From Macrostomum lignano (taxonomy: Eukaryota), in NCBI GenBank assembly GCA_002269645.1, contig NIVC01000390.1, positions 310,001 to 374,000 of the forward strand: DNA of 64,000 nt, written 5' to 3'. Position 1 is the stretch's first letter, and every line of letters begins with the position of its first letter. Below the pieces are notes generated by a model. That model worked only from the letters and a program-made list of their open reading frames with translations, searched no databases and was not told the DNA's origin. Positions 36,501-47,877 of the stretch are shown piece by piece. A program made the translations under genes and the position numbers.

Positions 36501-38837
36501 ATCAAACCTGCCGGGCGCACGGGCCGTGCTGTAGGCTTGGCGGCCGATGGGGCCAGCTGGCCAGGCCGCAGGTGCACGGTTACGATATGACCGCGCTGGC
36601 CTTTCTAGACGACAGCGGCTGCCGGGTCTATGCCAGCGCGGCTGAGGAGAAACCCGTGCGCTTGTTCCGCGCTCCCAATGGATTTCGGACTGTCCTGGCT
36701 CAGGTAGGTTTAGACAGTCAATTGTCAGGTGCGCCTAATCGAAAATATTTAGGCCAAACCAAATCTAAATTGGGCTTTGACTTACATATAGAAAGTGCTC
36801 AGTCAAAGCCAGAATACTCGAGAAGTGCTCAGTCAAAGCCAGAATACTCGAAAAGTGCTCAGTAAAGCCAAAATACTCAAGAAGTGCTCAGTCAAAGCCA
36901 GAATACTCAGAAGTGCTCAGTCAAAGTCTGAATACTCAGAAGTGCTCAGTCAAAGCCAGAATACTCGAAAAGTGCTCAGTCAAAACCATAATACTCAGAA
37001 GTGCTCAGTCAAAGCCAGAATACTCGAGAAGTGCTCAGTCAAAGTCAGAATACTCAGAAGTGCTCAGTCAAAGCCAGAATACTCTAGAAATGCTCAGTAA
37101 AGCCAGAATACTCAAGAAGTGCTCAGTCAAAACCAGAATACTCAAAAGTGCTCAGTCAAAGTCAGAATACTCAGAAGTGCTCAGTCAAAGCCAGAATACT
37201 CGAAAAGTGCTCAGTCAAAACCATAATACTCAGAAGTGCTCAGTCAAAGCCAGAATACTCGAGAAGTGCTCAGTCAAAGCCAGAATACTCTAGAAATGCT
37301 CAGTAAAGCCAGAATACTCAAAAGTGCTCAGTCAAAACCAGAATACTCAAAAGTGCTCAGTCAAAGTCAGAATACTCAGAAGTGCTCAGTCAAAGCCAGA
37401 ATACTCGAGAAGTGCTTAGTCAAAGCCAAATTACTCTAGAAGTGCTCAGTCAAAGTCAGAATACTCAGAAGTGCTCAGTCAAAGCCAGAATACTCGAGAA
37501 GTGCTCAGTCAAAGCCAGAATACTCGAGAAGTGCTCAGTCAAAGCCAGAATACTCGAGAAGTGCTCAGTCAAAGTCAGAATACTCAGAAGTGCTCAGTCA
37601 AAGCCAGAATACTCGAGAAGTGCTCAGTCAAAGCCAAATTACTCTAGAAGTGCTCAGTCAAAGCCAGAATACTCAGAAGTGCTCAGTCAAAGCCAGAATA
37701 CTCGAGAAGTGCTCAGTCAAAGCCAGAATACTCAGAAGTGCTAAACCTGGGGTATTACTCGGGTAGTTCTCAGCTAAAAATGCTCGGAAAGTACTTGACC
37801 ATAAGTAATACGCACGGCAGGTCTCGAATGCCGACCCTAGCTGTCCCGAGCTGAAGCGCAGCGAGCCGCCGAACCCAGCCGACTCCGCGGATTCAGCCGA
37901 GCCGGAGTACGCCCAAGTACCGTCGCTCGGCCTGTCAAACCAGCCAATGCAGTCGGCAACGTCGGGGCAGCGAGGAAGCGGCGCCGCCGACCCGGAGGAG
38001 CCTCCAAGCGAGGACGCTCTGGCTGATGGCGGCCTGTGGCCGGAGGTCCGCAAGCTGTTCGGCCACGGCGGCGAGGTTCAATCGCTGGCCGCCTGTCCGC
38101 GCCGACGCCTCCTAGCGGCCGCTTGCCGGGCCACCCAACCCGACCAGGCCGGCATTTTGGTTTGGCGCTTGGCGCCAGACTGGAGTCCAAGCTGGCGCCA
38201 AACGCTGGAGCATCACGGCCTCACTGTGGCGCAATTAGCATTCGACTCGTCTGGCAGACGTTTGCTAGCCGTGTCGCGCGACCGCGGCTGGAGCCTCTGG
38301 CGACTGCCGGACGACGAGGACTCGGACAGTCAGATCCAGCTGCTCAGCGCCAGGCGGGCCGCTCACGCCCGCATCGTATGGTCCTGCGCCTGGCCGCCGA
38401 CCCCCACAGATGATGAGGCAGAGAAATTCTTTGCCACCGGTTCGCGAGATCGTCGAATCTCGGTCTGGTTGGCGGCGTTGGCAGCGCCGACTGAGACGAA
38501 GGCGGAGCAGCCGGAGCCAGTGGCCTCGCTGGAGCTGGATGCCGCGGTGACGGCGCTGAGCTTTCGACCTACAGCAACAGCAACAGAATTTTGCTGCGCC
38601 GCCGGTTTGGAATCTGGCGCCGTAGCGTTGATTAGTGTGCTGGCGCCTGGCGCCGATTCGGCGTCGGCTGGTGGTTGGCGCCTGGCGCCGATCGCCATTG
38701 TGGCGTCGGTGCACGCGGCCACCGTGCGCCAGCTGGCGTTTCGACCCGGACAGCCTGACTGTCTGGCCAGCTGTTCGGCCGATGCGACTGTGCGGCTGCT
38801 GCGGATTTGCAGCGATGAGGAAGTCTCCGACTCATGA
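33506..38837 (+). CDS. ELP2: Elongator complex protein 2 (WD40); exons 33506-33976, 34926-35378, 36080-36703, 37821-38837 (854 codons plus initiator)
   Basis: ELP2 motifs: YISANLN..ADWG, GHQDWVRDI, LESVLQ|GHDSAVNSV, LLTSSMDRSLVVW, ARPQVHGYD, SAAEEKPVRLFRAP, VPSLGLSN, LWPEVRKLFGHG, HARIVWSCAW, FATGSRDR. All three introns are GT-AG and phase 0. No genomic in-frame ATG (see findings). Confidence 0.95.
34048..34347 (-). mobile_element. tRNA-derived SINE, family 1 (CORE/Meta-like central domain), antisense in ELP2 intron 1
   Basis: Minus strand: A box TAGCCTAGTGA, B-box-like GGTTCGATTCT, central GTGTCCGTGAGCAAGACACTTAAC...CAGTTCACCCAGCTGTAAAATGG, tandem AGTAAATCAC tail. A second copy lies at 45609. 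Confidence 0.85.
35414..36034. repeat. 27-bp perfect tandem repeat GGGCTAATCAGCGGGCTTAGCTCTACT x23 in ELP2 intron 2
   Basis: 621 bp = 23 x 27; no variant unit seen. Confidence 0.98.
36792..37743. repeat. 28/30-bp minisatellite GTGCTCAGTCAAAGCCAGAATACTC(G)AGAA in ELP2 intron 3
   Basis: Read directly. Confidence 0.97.
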
Positions 38838-38862
38838 TATCAATCGTTATTCTTTGATCCTG

Positions 38863-39975
38863 AGACCACTAGCCCAGCCGAGAATCGCCCCTGACACCAC
38901 TAGCCCAGCCAAGAATCGCCCCTGACACCACTAGCCGAGTCGAGAATCGCCCCTGACACCACTAGCCGAGTCGAGAATCGCCCCTGACACCACTAGCCGA
39001 GTCGAGAATTGCCCCTGACACCACTAGCCCAGCCAAGAATCGCCCCTGACACCACTAGCCCAGCCAAGAATCGCACCTGACAGCATTAGCCCAGCCAAGA
39101 ATCGCACCTGACACCACTAGCCCAGCCAAGAATCGCTCTTGACGCCACTAGCCACCCGAGACGCCCCTGACGCCACTAACCAATCCAAGAATCGCCCCTG
39201 ACACCACTAGCCGAGTCGAGAATCGCCCCTAACACTAGCCCAGCCAAGAATCGCACCTGACACCACTAGCCGAGCCAAGAATCGCACCTGACACCATTAG
39301 CCGAGCCAAGAATCGCCTCTGACGCCACTAGCTCATCTGAGAATCGCTTTTGACGCCACTAGCCCAGCCAAGAATTGCCCCTGACACCACTAGCCCAGCC
39401 AAGAATCGCCCCTGACACCACTAGCCCAGCCAAGAATCGCACCTGACACCACTAGCCCAGCCAAGAATCGCACCTGACACCATTAGCCGAGCCAAGAATC
39501 GCCTCTGACGCCACTAGCTCATCTGAGAATCGCTTTTGACGCCACTAGCCCACCTGAGAATCGCCCCTGACGCCACTAACCAATCCAAGAATCGCCCCTG
39601 ACACCACTATCCGAGCCGAGAATTGCCCCTGACACCACTAGCCCAGCCAAGAAGCGCCCCTGACACCACTAGCCGAGTCGAGAATCGCCCCCTGACACCA
39701 CTAGCCCAGCCAAGAATCGCTCTTGACGCCAATAGGCCACTTGAGAATCGCCCCTGACGCCACTAGCCCAGCCAAGAAGCGCCCCTGACACCACTAGCCG
39801 AGTCGAGAATCGCCCCCTGACGCCACTAGCCCACCTGAGAATCGCTTTTGACGCCAATAGGCCACTTGAGAATCGCCCCTGACGCCACTAGCCCACCCGA
39901 GAATCGCCCCTAAGATCACTAACCAATCCATGAATCGCCCCTGACTCCACTAGCCCACCTGCGAATCGCCCTTAA
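38863..39975. repeat. About 31-bp minisatellite ACTAGCCCAGCCAAGAATCGCCCCTGACACC directly after the ELP2 stop
   Basis: About 36 copies; same family as 43325-44212. Confidence 0.97.
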
Positions 39976-40684
39976 CCGGTCTAAAACCGGCTTAAATTGC
40001 AATCGGATGCGTATTTGCAGAAGCAATGCATTTCGCGTAACTTCTGTTGTAGATTTTCTCTTATGTAATCTACATTCACGCCAAAATTGACGGCCTGCAT
40101 AAGCTTGATAATGAATTAGTCTTCCTTGCTGTTTGCTTTTAAAACTGGTTTATGCCATGCTCTCATTTCTCTAGATCAATAAATACGTCATGGTTCTTTC
40201 TGTAATTTCGTCTTTGACTTTGTTTGTTATGTTTTGTACTTGCTATTTATCTAAACTAATTGGGCTATAAAAAGGATAAGAGTATAATTGTCTGTGCTTT
40301 TATCGGGTTAAACAAGATGTCAAAGGTCCAACCTGTTGAGACTGAGGATTTGAAAAATCAACTGTCTGTGCAATCAAGACTGCTCCCTGACGATAGATTA
40401 GTAAAACTTTTTATGATCAGCCCACGGAAAATTCTCTATAATAGAATTCTGAAGCCAAACCAAACATGAGAACGTTACCTGCTTTTTAAGCAGAGTTTCA
40501 GAGTCGTTATTGAGTAGTTAATAAAGTGTGACTGTGGCATATGAAACTCTAGCTAGCCTATAGTATAACATCTCTTGATCTCGTTAATTTCCTTACAATA
40601 ACGATTATGAATCTCGAACTTCTTATAGGAATCTTAAATGAATGTCCTTTTAGAATCTTCTCCAATTCCACTTATGTATCTCTT

Positions 40685-41515
40685 TAAATTCCACTTAAGA
40701 ATATCCTTTAAATATACTTTTTGAATCTCCTCTGATTCCACCAAAAATTCTCATCAAATTCCACTTAAAAATCTACTCTAATTCCACTTAAGAATCTACT
40801 CGAATTCCAATTAAGAATCTACTCGAATTCCACTTAAGAATCTACTCGAATTCCACTTAAGAATCTACTCAAATTCCACTTAAGAATCTACTCGAATTCC
40901 AATTAAAAATCTACTCGAATTCCACTTAAGAATCTACTCGAATTCCACTTAAGAATCTACTCGAATTCCAATTAAGAATCTACTCTAATTCCACTTAAGA
41001 ATCTACTCGAATTCCACTTAAGAATCTACTCGAATTCCACTTAAGAATCTACTCGAATTCCACTTAAGAATCTACTCGAATTCCACTTAAGAATCTACTC
41101 GAATTCCACTTAAGAATCTACTCGAATTCCAATTAAGAATCTACTCGAATTCCACTTAAGAATCTACTCGAATTCCACTTAAGAATCTACTCGAATTCCA
41201 CTTAAGAATCTACTCGAATTCCAATTAAGAATCTACTCTAATTCCACTTAAGAATCTACTCGAATTCCACTTAAGAATCTACTCGAATTCCACTTAAGAA
41301 TCTACTCGAATTCCACTTAAGAATCTACTCAAATTCCACTTAAGAATCTACTCTAATTCCACTTAAGAATCTACTCGAATTCCACTTAAGAATCTACTCG
41401 AATTCCACTTAAGAATCTACTCGAATTCCACTTAAGAATCTACTCGAATTCCACTTAAGAATCTACTCGAATTCCACTTAAGAATCTACTCAAATTCCAC
41501 TTATAAATCTCCTCT
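40685..41515. repeat. 23-bp minisatellite TTCCACTTAAGAATCTACTCGAA upstream of EXOSC4
   Basis: Period 23, more than 30 copies. Confidence 0.97.
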
Positions 41516-41654
41516 AATTTGACCCCCTTCAGAACCTCCTCTAATCCCCCCCCCCAAAAAAAACTAACTTCCCATGAAAACCCTCCCCAATTCTCAAGTG
41601 ACAAGTCGCATGAGTCACCTATCGCGAGACGCGAGTTCGAGTCTCAATTGATCA

Positions 41655-41671
41655 CCTATTTTTGCTTACAG
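41655..41671 (+). promoter_or_regulatory. Splice acceptor 39 nt upstream of the EXOSC4 ATG (candidate trans-splice site)
   Basis: CCTATTTTTGCTTACAG|, a strong pyrimidine tract, preceded by TTGAT. Confidence 0.55.
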
Positions 41672-41710
41672 TTCGGCGGTATTCGCCCAGAGTAGAACCC
41701 GGATTCCCCA

Positions 41711-42986
41711 ATGACGGACATCCTACTCAACGGTCGTCGAGTTGACGGTCGCCGGCCAAACGAGCACCGCCTGTTGAGGGCCCAATTAGGCACGCAGCCG
41801 CAGGCTGACGGCTCGGCTCTGCTTGAGCACGGAAACTCGCGCCTGTTAGCCACTGTGCACGGCCCCGCTCAGGCCAGAGCTGCCGACCTGTCACCCGAGG
41901 AGGACTGCGTGCTGCGCGTGTTGTACAACAAGCCGCCGTTTGCCAGCATGACGGAGCGTCGGCGCCGGGGCCGCGGTGACCGCAAGCAGGACGAGACCGC
42001 CCTGCTCATCGAGGAGGCCCTGGGCGGCGTTGTGCTCAAGCAGCTGTACAGACGGTCTCAGATTGAGATTCGAGTTCAGGCATGTTTTTGGCTTTGGAGA
42101 TGGAAGGTTCTGGATTAACTAGAGCTTATATCCCGGATTTCGGTTACCTGTTCTGCAGAAAAAAACATTGAAAATTTCCCACACGGCAATGTGTAGGATT
42201 TAGTTAACCTTGCTTTCTTAGAAATCCATCTGACTGTTGCGCCACGACCCCAGGTTCGATTCCGTGCGCGGCCGGCCGCATTCAATTTGGGGCTTGCGCA
42301 CCACAAATTGGCACTGGGAAGGCTGTCGTGCGATTCACTAACCATGAGGGCCAGCACCCCAAGGCACAGAGTGTGCATGCCTGACTAGATTAGAAGTTCA
42401 GGGCCGCTGTACATCCTGTGTGAGCGTGAAGGCGCTGCACCAGGGTGGCCACTGCCCTCCTGCGAGTATTCGTGTTTATACGTTTGAAGCTCTATGGGAT
42501 TTTTATCCTCTGTTTTAATTACATTAGAAAGTTAATCTCTGTATTGGAAATCACCGCGGATATAAATTGCATGCACATTATAGAAAACAAGAAACTTTCA
42601 CCTGCAACGCTTCCTTCATTATCAATCAGGTGCTTCAATCTGACGGCTCCGAGCTGTCGGCCGCTATTAACGCCGTCAGCCTCGCGCTGATGGACGCCGG
42701 CGTAGCCATGCGAGGCCACCTTGCCGCTGTCACCGTTGGCTACTGCGACCAAGCGCCCCTGGTTGATTTGAACTCCTACGAGCAGAGCGCCGGGCTGCCC
42801 AGCCTCACCGTCGCCTGCGTTGGCCAGCGGGTTCTGCACGCGTCCGTTGGCGCCAGGCTGCACTCCCAACAGCTGGACCCCCTGCTGGCCTGCGCCTCGC
42901 GCGCCTGCGCCTGCGTTGCCAACCAGCTTGGCCAGGACGTCAAGGCTCACCTGCTTGCCGCCTGCTGCTTCCAGTCCGCCGCCTGA
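41711..42986 (+). CDS. EXOSC4: Exosome complex component RRP41; exons 41711-42079, 42630-42986 (241 aa)
   Basis: RVDGRR..E, QADGSALLEHGNSRLLATVHGP, RRGRGDRK, LYRRSQIEIRVQ|VLQSDG..AAINAVSLALMDAG (RNase PH fold). Restoring VQVLQ needs donor CAG|GCATGT (GC-AG intron). Confidence 0.95.
42225..42505 (+). mobile_element. tRNA-derived SINE, family 2, in the EXOSC4 intron
   Basis: GCCACGACC..GGTTCGATTCCGTG (B box), TTGGGGCTTG, GATTCAC, GAGGGCCA.C.CCC.AGGCACAG.GTGTGCATGCCTGAC...CAGGGCCGCTGTAC shared with other copies. Confidence 0.75.
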
Positions 42987-43324
42987 TCATCTCGCTGAGT
43001 TGCCATGCTTCTGATTTCCTTAATTCCATGGAGACTTCCCACTTCCTGTCTGATTCTCCTGTGAAATCCCCACCGGATTCCCCTCTGGTTCTCCCTGTAA
43101 TTCCCATGAATCTTTCCCACCCTCTTGTTGTTGGAAGCAAACTGCGCTGTGCATTTCCTACATTTACTCTGTATTCGTACTTGAAATCGTTGTTATGTTC
43201 TAAACTTTGGACTAGAAATAAAGGAATGACAAAAACGGCTCGTTTGTGTTTGCATTTCAATTTCACTTATTGCAGCATAATTTTTTTCTGTAATAAACAA
43301 TTTTTTCATAGCTGTAAAGTTTTT

Positions 43325-44212
43325 AGATAGCAGCCCAACCATGAATCGCCTCTGACTTTAACCCAGCCATGAATCGCCCCTGACACCAGCCCAACCAAAA
43401 ATCGCCCCTGACACCAGCCCAGCCAAGAATCGCCCCTAACACCACACCAGCCCAGCCAAGAATCGCCCCTGACACCAGCCCACCCAAGAATCCCCCCTGA
43501 CACCAGCCTAGACAAGAATCGCCCCTAACACCAGCCTAGTCAAAAATCGCTCCTAACACCAACCCAGCCAAGAATCGCCCCTGACACCAGCCCAGACAAG
43601 AATCGCCCCTAACACCAGCCCAGACAAGAATCGCCCCTAACACCAGCCCAGCCAAGAATCGCCCCTGACACCAACCCAGCCAAAAATCGCCACTGACACC
43701 AGCCCAGCCAAGAATCGCCCCTAACACCACTAGCCGAGTCGAGAATCGCCCCTGACACCAGCCCAGACAAGAATCGCCCCTAACACCACACCAGCCCAGC
43801 CAAGAATCGCCCCTGACACCAGCCCGGACAAGAATCGCCCTAACACCAGCCCAGCCAAGAATTGCCCCTGACGCCAGCCCAGCCAAGAATCGCCCCTGAC
43901 ACCAACCCAGCCAAAAATCGCCACTGACACCAGCCCAGCCAAGAATCGCCCCTAACACCACTAGCCGAGTCGAGAATCGCCCCTGACACCAGCCCAGTCA
44001 AGAATCGCCCCTAACACCACACCAGCCCAGCCAAGAATCGCCCCTGACACCAGCCCGGACAAGAATCGCCCTAACACCAGCCCAGCCAAGAATCGCCCCT
44101 GACGCCAGCCCAGCCAAGAATCGCCCCTGACGCCAGCCCAGACAAGAATCGCCCCTGACACCAGCCCAGCCAAGAATCGCCCCTGACACCAACCCAGCCA
44201 AGAATCGCTCCT
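43325..44212. repeat. About 28-bp minisatellite CCAGCCCAGCCAAGAATCGCCCCT(G/A)ACA between EXOSC4 and DUSP
   Basis: About 30 copies; ends about 20 bp before the DUSP ATG. Confidence 0.97.
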
Positions 44213-44223
44213 GATTCCCGCAG
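44209..44223 (+). promoter_or_regulatory. Splice acceptor 7 nt upstream of the DUSP ATG (candidate trans-splice site)
   Basis: CTGATTCCCGCAG|CGGCGGCATG. Confidence 0.5.
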
Positions 44224-44230
44224 CGGCGGC

Positions 44231-45269
44231 ATGGCGCTATCCAGTGACAGGCTCAGTCACATTGTGGAAGGCCTCTGGCTAAGCGGCGTAGAGGCGGTGA
44301 CCAATCACAGCCTACTGACATCGGCCCGCATCTCGCACCTGTTAGGCGTGGTCGAACCGGAATTCAACTACGCCTCCTATTCCCGACCCTTCGAGTTTCC
44401 AATCCGAACCCTGCGATTGGACGCCGAGGACAGTCTTAGGCAGGATTTAACGCAGCACTTCACCAAGGCGGCCCGGTTTATACACGAGGCCCGGGCTGCC
44501 AATGGTCAGGTGTGTTGTGCCCGCTTTGAAAGTTAAATTTAGAAGATTTGAAAATCAATCTGAGTCATATACAGCGTCTGACTCGCGCCACGACCCCTGG
44601 TTCGATTCCGTGTTCAGCCACTTAGTTGGGGCTTGTGCCCTGTAATTGGCTAGGGGGGGGGGTTGCCGTACGATTCACGCCCGTAGGGGCCAACCCCCAG
44701 GGCGCAGCGAGTGTACATGTCTGACGATTAGAAAGTCAGGGGCCGCTGTACACCCTGCGTTATTGAATCAGCATTAACCTGTTTGGTATATGCGTTGGGG
44801 CATACTAGAAGATTTAAAGTTTAGCTTATTCATTCTTATGGCTATCTGTATAGCTCTCTATAGGCAATAATTGTGGGAAACGGATATCATTTTTTGCCTG
44901 AATTTGAGATTCGAACTCGCGGTAGCCTTAGGCTTTTTTAATAGGCTTAATTAATTTGCATGGATCACCTGCCAGGTACTGGTACACTGTCTGATGGGCA
45001 TCTCCCGATCGGTGACCATTGTCTGCGCCTACCTGATCGCCCTGACCGGCCTGTCAGTCGATGACGTCATCGCGGCAGTTAAAACTCGCCGAATATTGGC
45101 CGATCCGAATCCGAATTTTCTACGCCAGCTGCACAGATTTGGCCAATCTGCTCAGGCTGGCCAGCTCAGGGAGCAGCTGCTCAGGGATTGGCCGGAAACT
45201 CAGCAGATGGTTGAGCGAGACCGCAGGGAGCTGGTCAGCCTGCTGAAGCTGGTCAAGCGGCGAAAGTGA
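44231..45269 (+). CDS. Atypical dual-specificity phosphatase (DUSP22/15-like); exons 44231-44509, 44976-45269 (190 aa)
   Basis: SHIVEGLWLSG, DAEDS..L..HF..AARFIHEAR..NGQ|VLVHCLMGISRS (HCxxGxSRS active site), ADPNPNFLRQL. GT-AG intron, phase 0. Confidence 0.9.
44570..44765 (+). mobile_element. SINE family 2 copy in the DUSP intron
   Basis: Same ordered motifs as 42225-42505. Confidence 0.75.
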
Positions 45270-45608
45270 CGAACTCATTGTTTTGGAAGTTCTCAAAAGA
45301 TCTTTCAGGCTAAATATTAAGTTTTTAGCTACATCGGAGTAGTAATTATATAATTGAAGATATTACGAGAGATTTTTCCAGACTTTGGCTACCATTTTTA
45401 CAGGAATGCTCAAGCCGGTTGAAATTTTAGATACAACTATAACTAAGTGTGTTTAATATAGCTTTTTGCAGTCCATTCAGACCTACACGCATTGAATTTA
45501 ATTCAAGATTCGTTTGCCAAGTAACGGAGCTTCTGTCTATGGTAGCAAGGCTGGCACAGCGGCATTTAATTTGGTCCATAGCGACTATGAAACCCAATTT
45601 CATAGCTA

Positions 45609-45845
45609 GGATTGTAGTCTAGTGGTTAGAGCGTCGGACTCACGACTTGAAAGGTCGGGGGTTCGATTCCCGATCCCATTGGAACAATTTGTATCCTTGA
45701 GCAAGACACTTAACTCTGCATTGCTTCAGTTCACCCAGCTGTAAAGCCGTACGCAGCCTTCAGATACGCCGCGCAATAGCTGCGGCTGAGCTGTCGGCTG
45801 CACATCTGGCCCAATTAGGGCAGGTGTAATCAAATAAAATATTAA
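45609..45845 (+). mobile_element. tRNA-derived SINE, family 1, internally deleted copy
   Basis: A box TAGTCTAGTGG, B box GGTTCGATTCC, the same central domain and 3' part as the 34048-34347 copy but lacking about 70 bp after GCTGTAAA. Confidence 0.85.
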
Positions 45846-46751
45846 TTAATGCAATTTATTGGAGGAAATTTCACTTTACCAACACATGGTGACGTCAGAA
45901 TGTTCCTTCGTGGGGTTCGTTCGGCAGTCTACGAGCTAGCATATGGTCCACGATTATGGGACATCTGGCTCCTCTGCAGCAGTGGCAAAGGAAGCATTGC
46001 TTTCGTCCTCACTGCTTGTGATAGTCCTGTCTAAATAAAAATCTAGGGGTGAAACTGTAGAGCCGCTATGGACAGCAAGTCACAGCACCGCGGGTCCTAA
46101 GCCCTTAGGTTTGATAATTGAAACAAGCCTTTGATTGAGAATCCTAATAGTTTTAACTAAATATCTGTAATGTAAATTAGAATAAAATCTCATTAGTATC
46201 AATTGATTCTCACTTGCACAAGAGTCGAATGCTGTTGTTTAGCTATTTTATTGCAATACATTCGTTTTACTAGTCTAATCTGTTCTGATTTTATTTATTT
46301 TGAAATTTCAAATTACAGGCAATGCTTAGAGCAGATTAACACCTTGAAATGAATAATAGCATTTTTGCACTGGCTATAGTAACATTTCTCTTGTATTTTA
46401 TGTTATTTTTGTGCACACCTGATAACCTCCCTGGTCACACTTATTATCACTAGCGTGTGTTTTTGCTTTTATTTTTTTGTTTGTGTTTGAAATTTAGACG
46501 GATTATTATTATAACTTTTTGCTCAAAGTCAACCTTTTCTAGACACTGCACGCAGATCGCAAACAGTTCCTGTTTTTTGCTTAGAAAAACTTGCGTTGCC
46601 AAGGCTTTGATTTTTCATTTTTTTTTTATTCTAATTCGTATAGTTTGGACTTTTTCGTCTCTTGTACCTATCTTATATTGTTTAGAAGAGAATTTTATTG
46701 GCTTATCGTTGAGGTGGGGATGAATTAAGTTGGAGTAGCTCTAACGGAATG

Positions 46752-46828
46752 TACATTTGTATGTACACACTCTGTGCCTTGGTGGTTGACCCTCGTGTGG
46801 CCAAGAATCACGTCATAGCAAGCCCGCA
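46752..46828 (-). mobile_element. Partial SINE family 2 copy
   Basis: The reverse complement reads GAGGGTCAACCACCAAGGCACAGAGTGTGTACAT. Confidence 0.5.
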
Positions 46829-47715
46829 AAATCTGCTTAATCCTGTCTATCTTTGACCTAAATCCAACCCTACATGTAATTGATCTGATGTGAGCTGATC
46901 CTAAATCTGCTTAATCCTGTCTATCTTTGACCTAAATCCAACCCTAATTGATCTGATGTGAGCTGATCCTAAATCTGCTTAATCCTGTCTATCTTTGACC
47001 TAAATCCAACCCTAATTGATCTGATGTGAGCTGATCCTAAATCTGCTTAATCCTGTCTATCTTTGACCTAAATCCAACCCTAATTGATCTGATGTGAGCT
47101 GATCCTAAATCTGCTTAATCCTGTCTATCTTTGACCTAAATCCAACCCTACATGTAATTGATCTGATGTGAGCTGATCCTAAATCTGCTTAATCCTGTCT
47201 ATCTTTGACCTAAATCCAACCCTAATTGATCTGATGTGAGCTGATCCTAAATCTGCTTAATCCTGTCTATCTTTGACCTAAATCCAACCCTACATGTAAT
47301 TGATCTGATGTGAGCTGATCCTAAATCTGCTTAATCCTGTCTATCTTTGACCTAAATCCAACCCTAATTGATCTGATGTGAGCTGATCCTAAATCTGCTT
47401 AATCCTGTCTATCTTTGACCTAAATCCAACCCTAATTGATCTGATGTGAGCTGATCCTAAATCTGCTTAATCCTGTCTATCTTTGACCTAAATCCAACCC
47501 TACATGTAATTGATCTGATGTGAGCTGATCCTAAATCTGCTTAATCCTGTCTAACTTTAACCTAAATCCAACCCTAATTGATCTGATCTGATCTGATCCT
47601 AAATCTGCTTAATCATGTCTATCTCTGACCTAAATCCAACCCTACATGTAATTGATATCTGACCTGATCCTAAATCTGCTTAATCCTGTCTATCTCTGAC
47701 CTAAATCCAGCCCTA
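46828..47715. repeat. 68/74-bp minisatellite upstream of BABAM1, about 12 copies
   Basis: AAATCTGCTTAATCCTGTCTATCTTTGACCTAAATCCAACCCTA(CATGTA)ATTGATCTGATGTGAGCTGATCCT. Confidence 0.97.
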
Positions 47716-47877
47716 ATTGACTTATTTTAAACCGACACTCCACTAAAATATACTTATACTTAAACTGTGAATAGTTAGCTCAATAGGAAACCACTATTGG
47801 CAGTGAAACTGGTAGCTACTCAACTACAGTGCTCAAAATTCGATTCAGCCCTTGAAAGCCGCAGCAGCAGCAGCGGC

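Noticed and set aside
41600-41650. TCGCGAGA palindrome as an EXOSC4 promoter element
   Set aside because: It is a single short motif known from vertebrate promoters and is insufficient to call. If CAGE showed a TSS here it would argue against the operon model.
44701-44760. Minimal hammerhead ribozyme (CTGACGA-TTA-GAAA)
   Set aside because: No stem III with a valid NUH site or adjacent stem I can be formed; CTGAC pairs with GTCAG instead, and the core is not conserved in other copies.
45609-45690. Possible tRNA gene (also 34270-34347 on -)
   Set aside because: A and B boxes are present, but they continue into a SINE central domain shared by two copies and no complete cloverleaf is evident.
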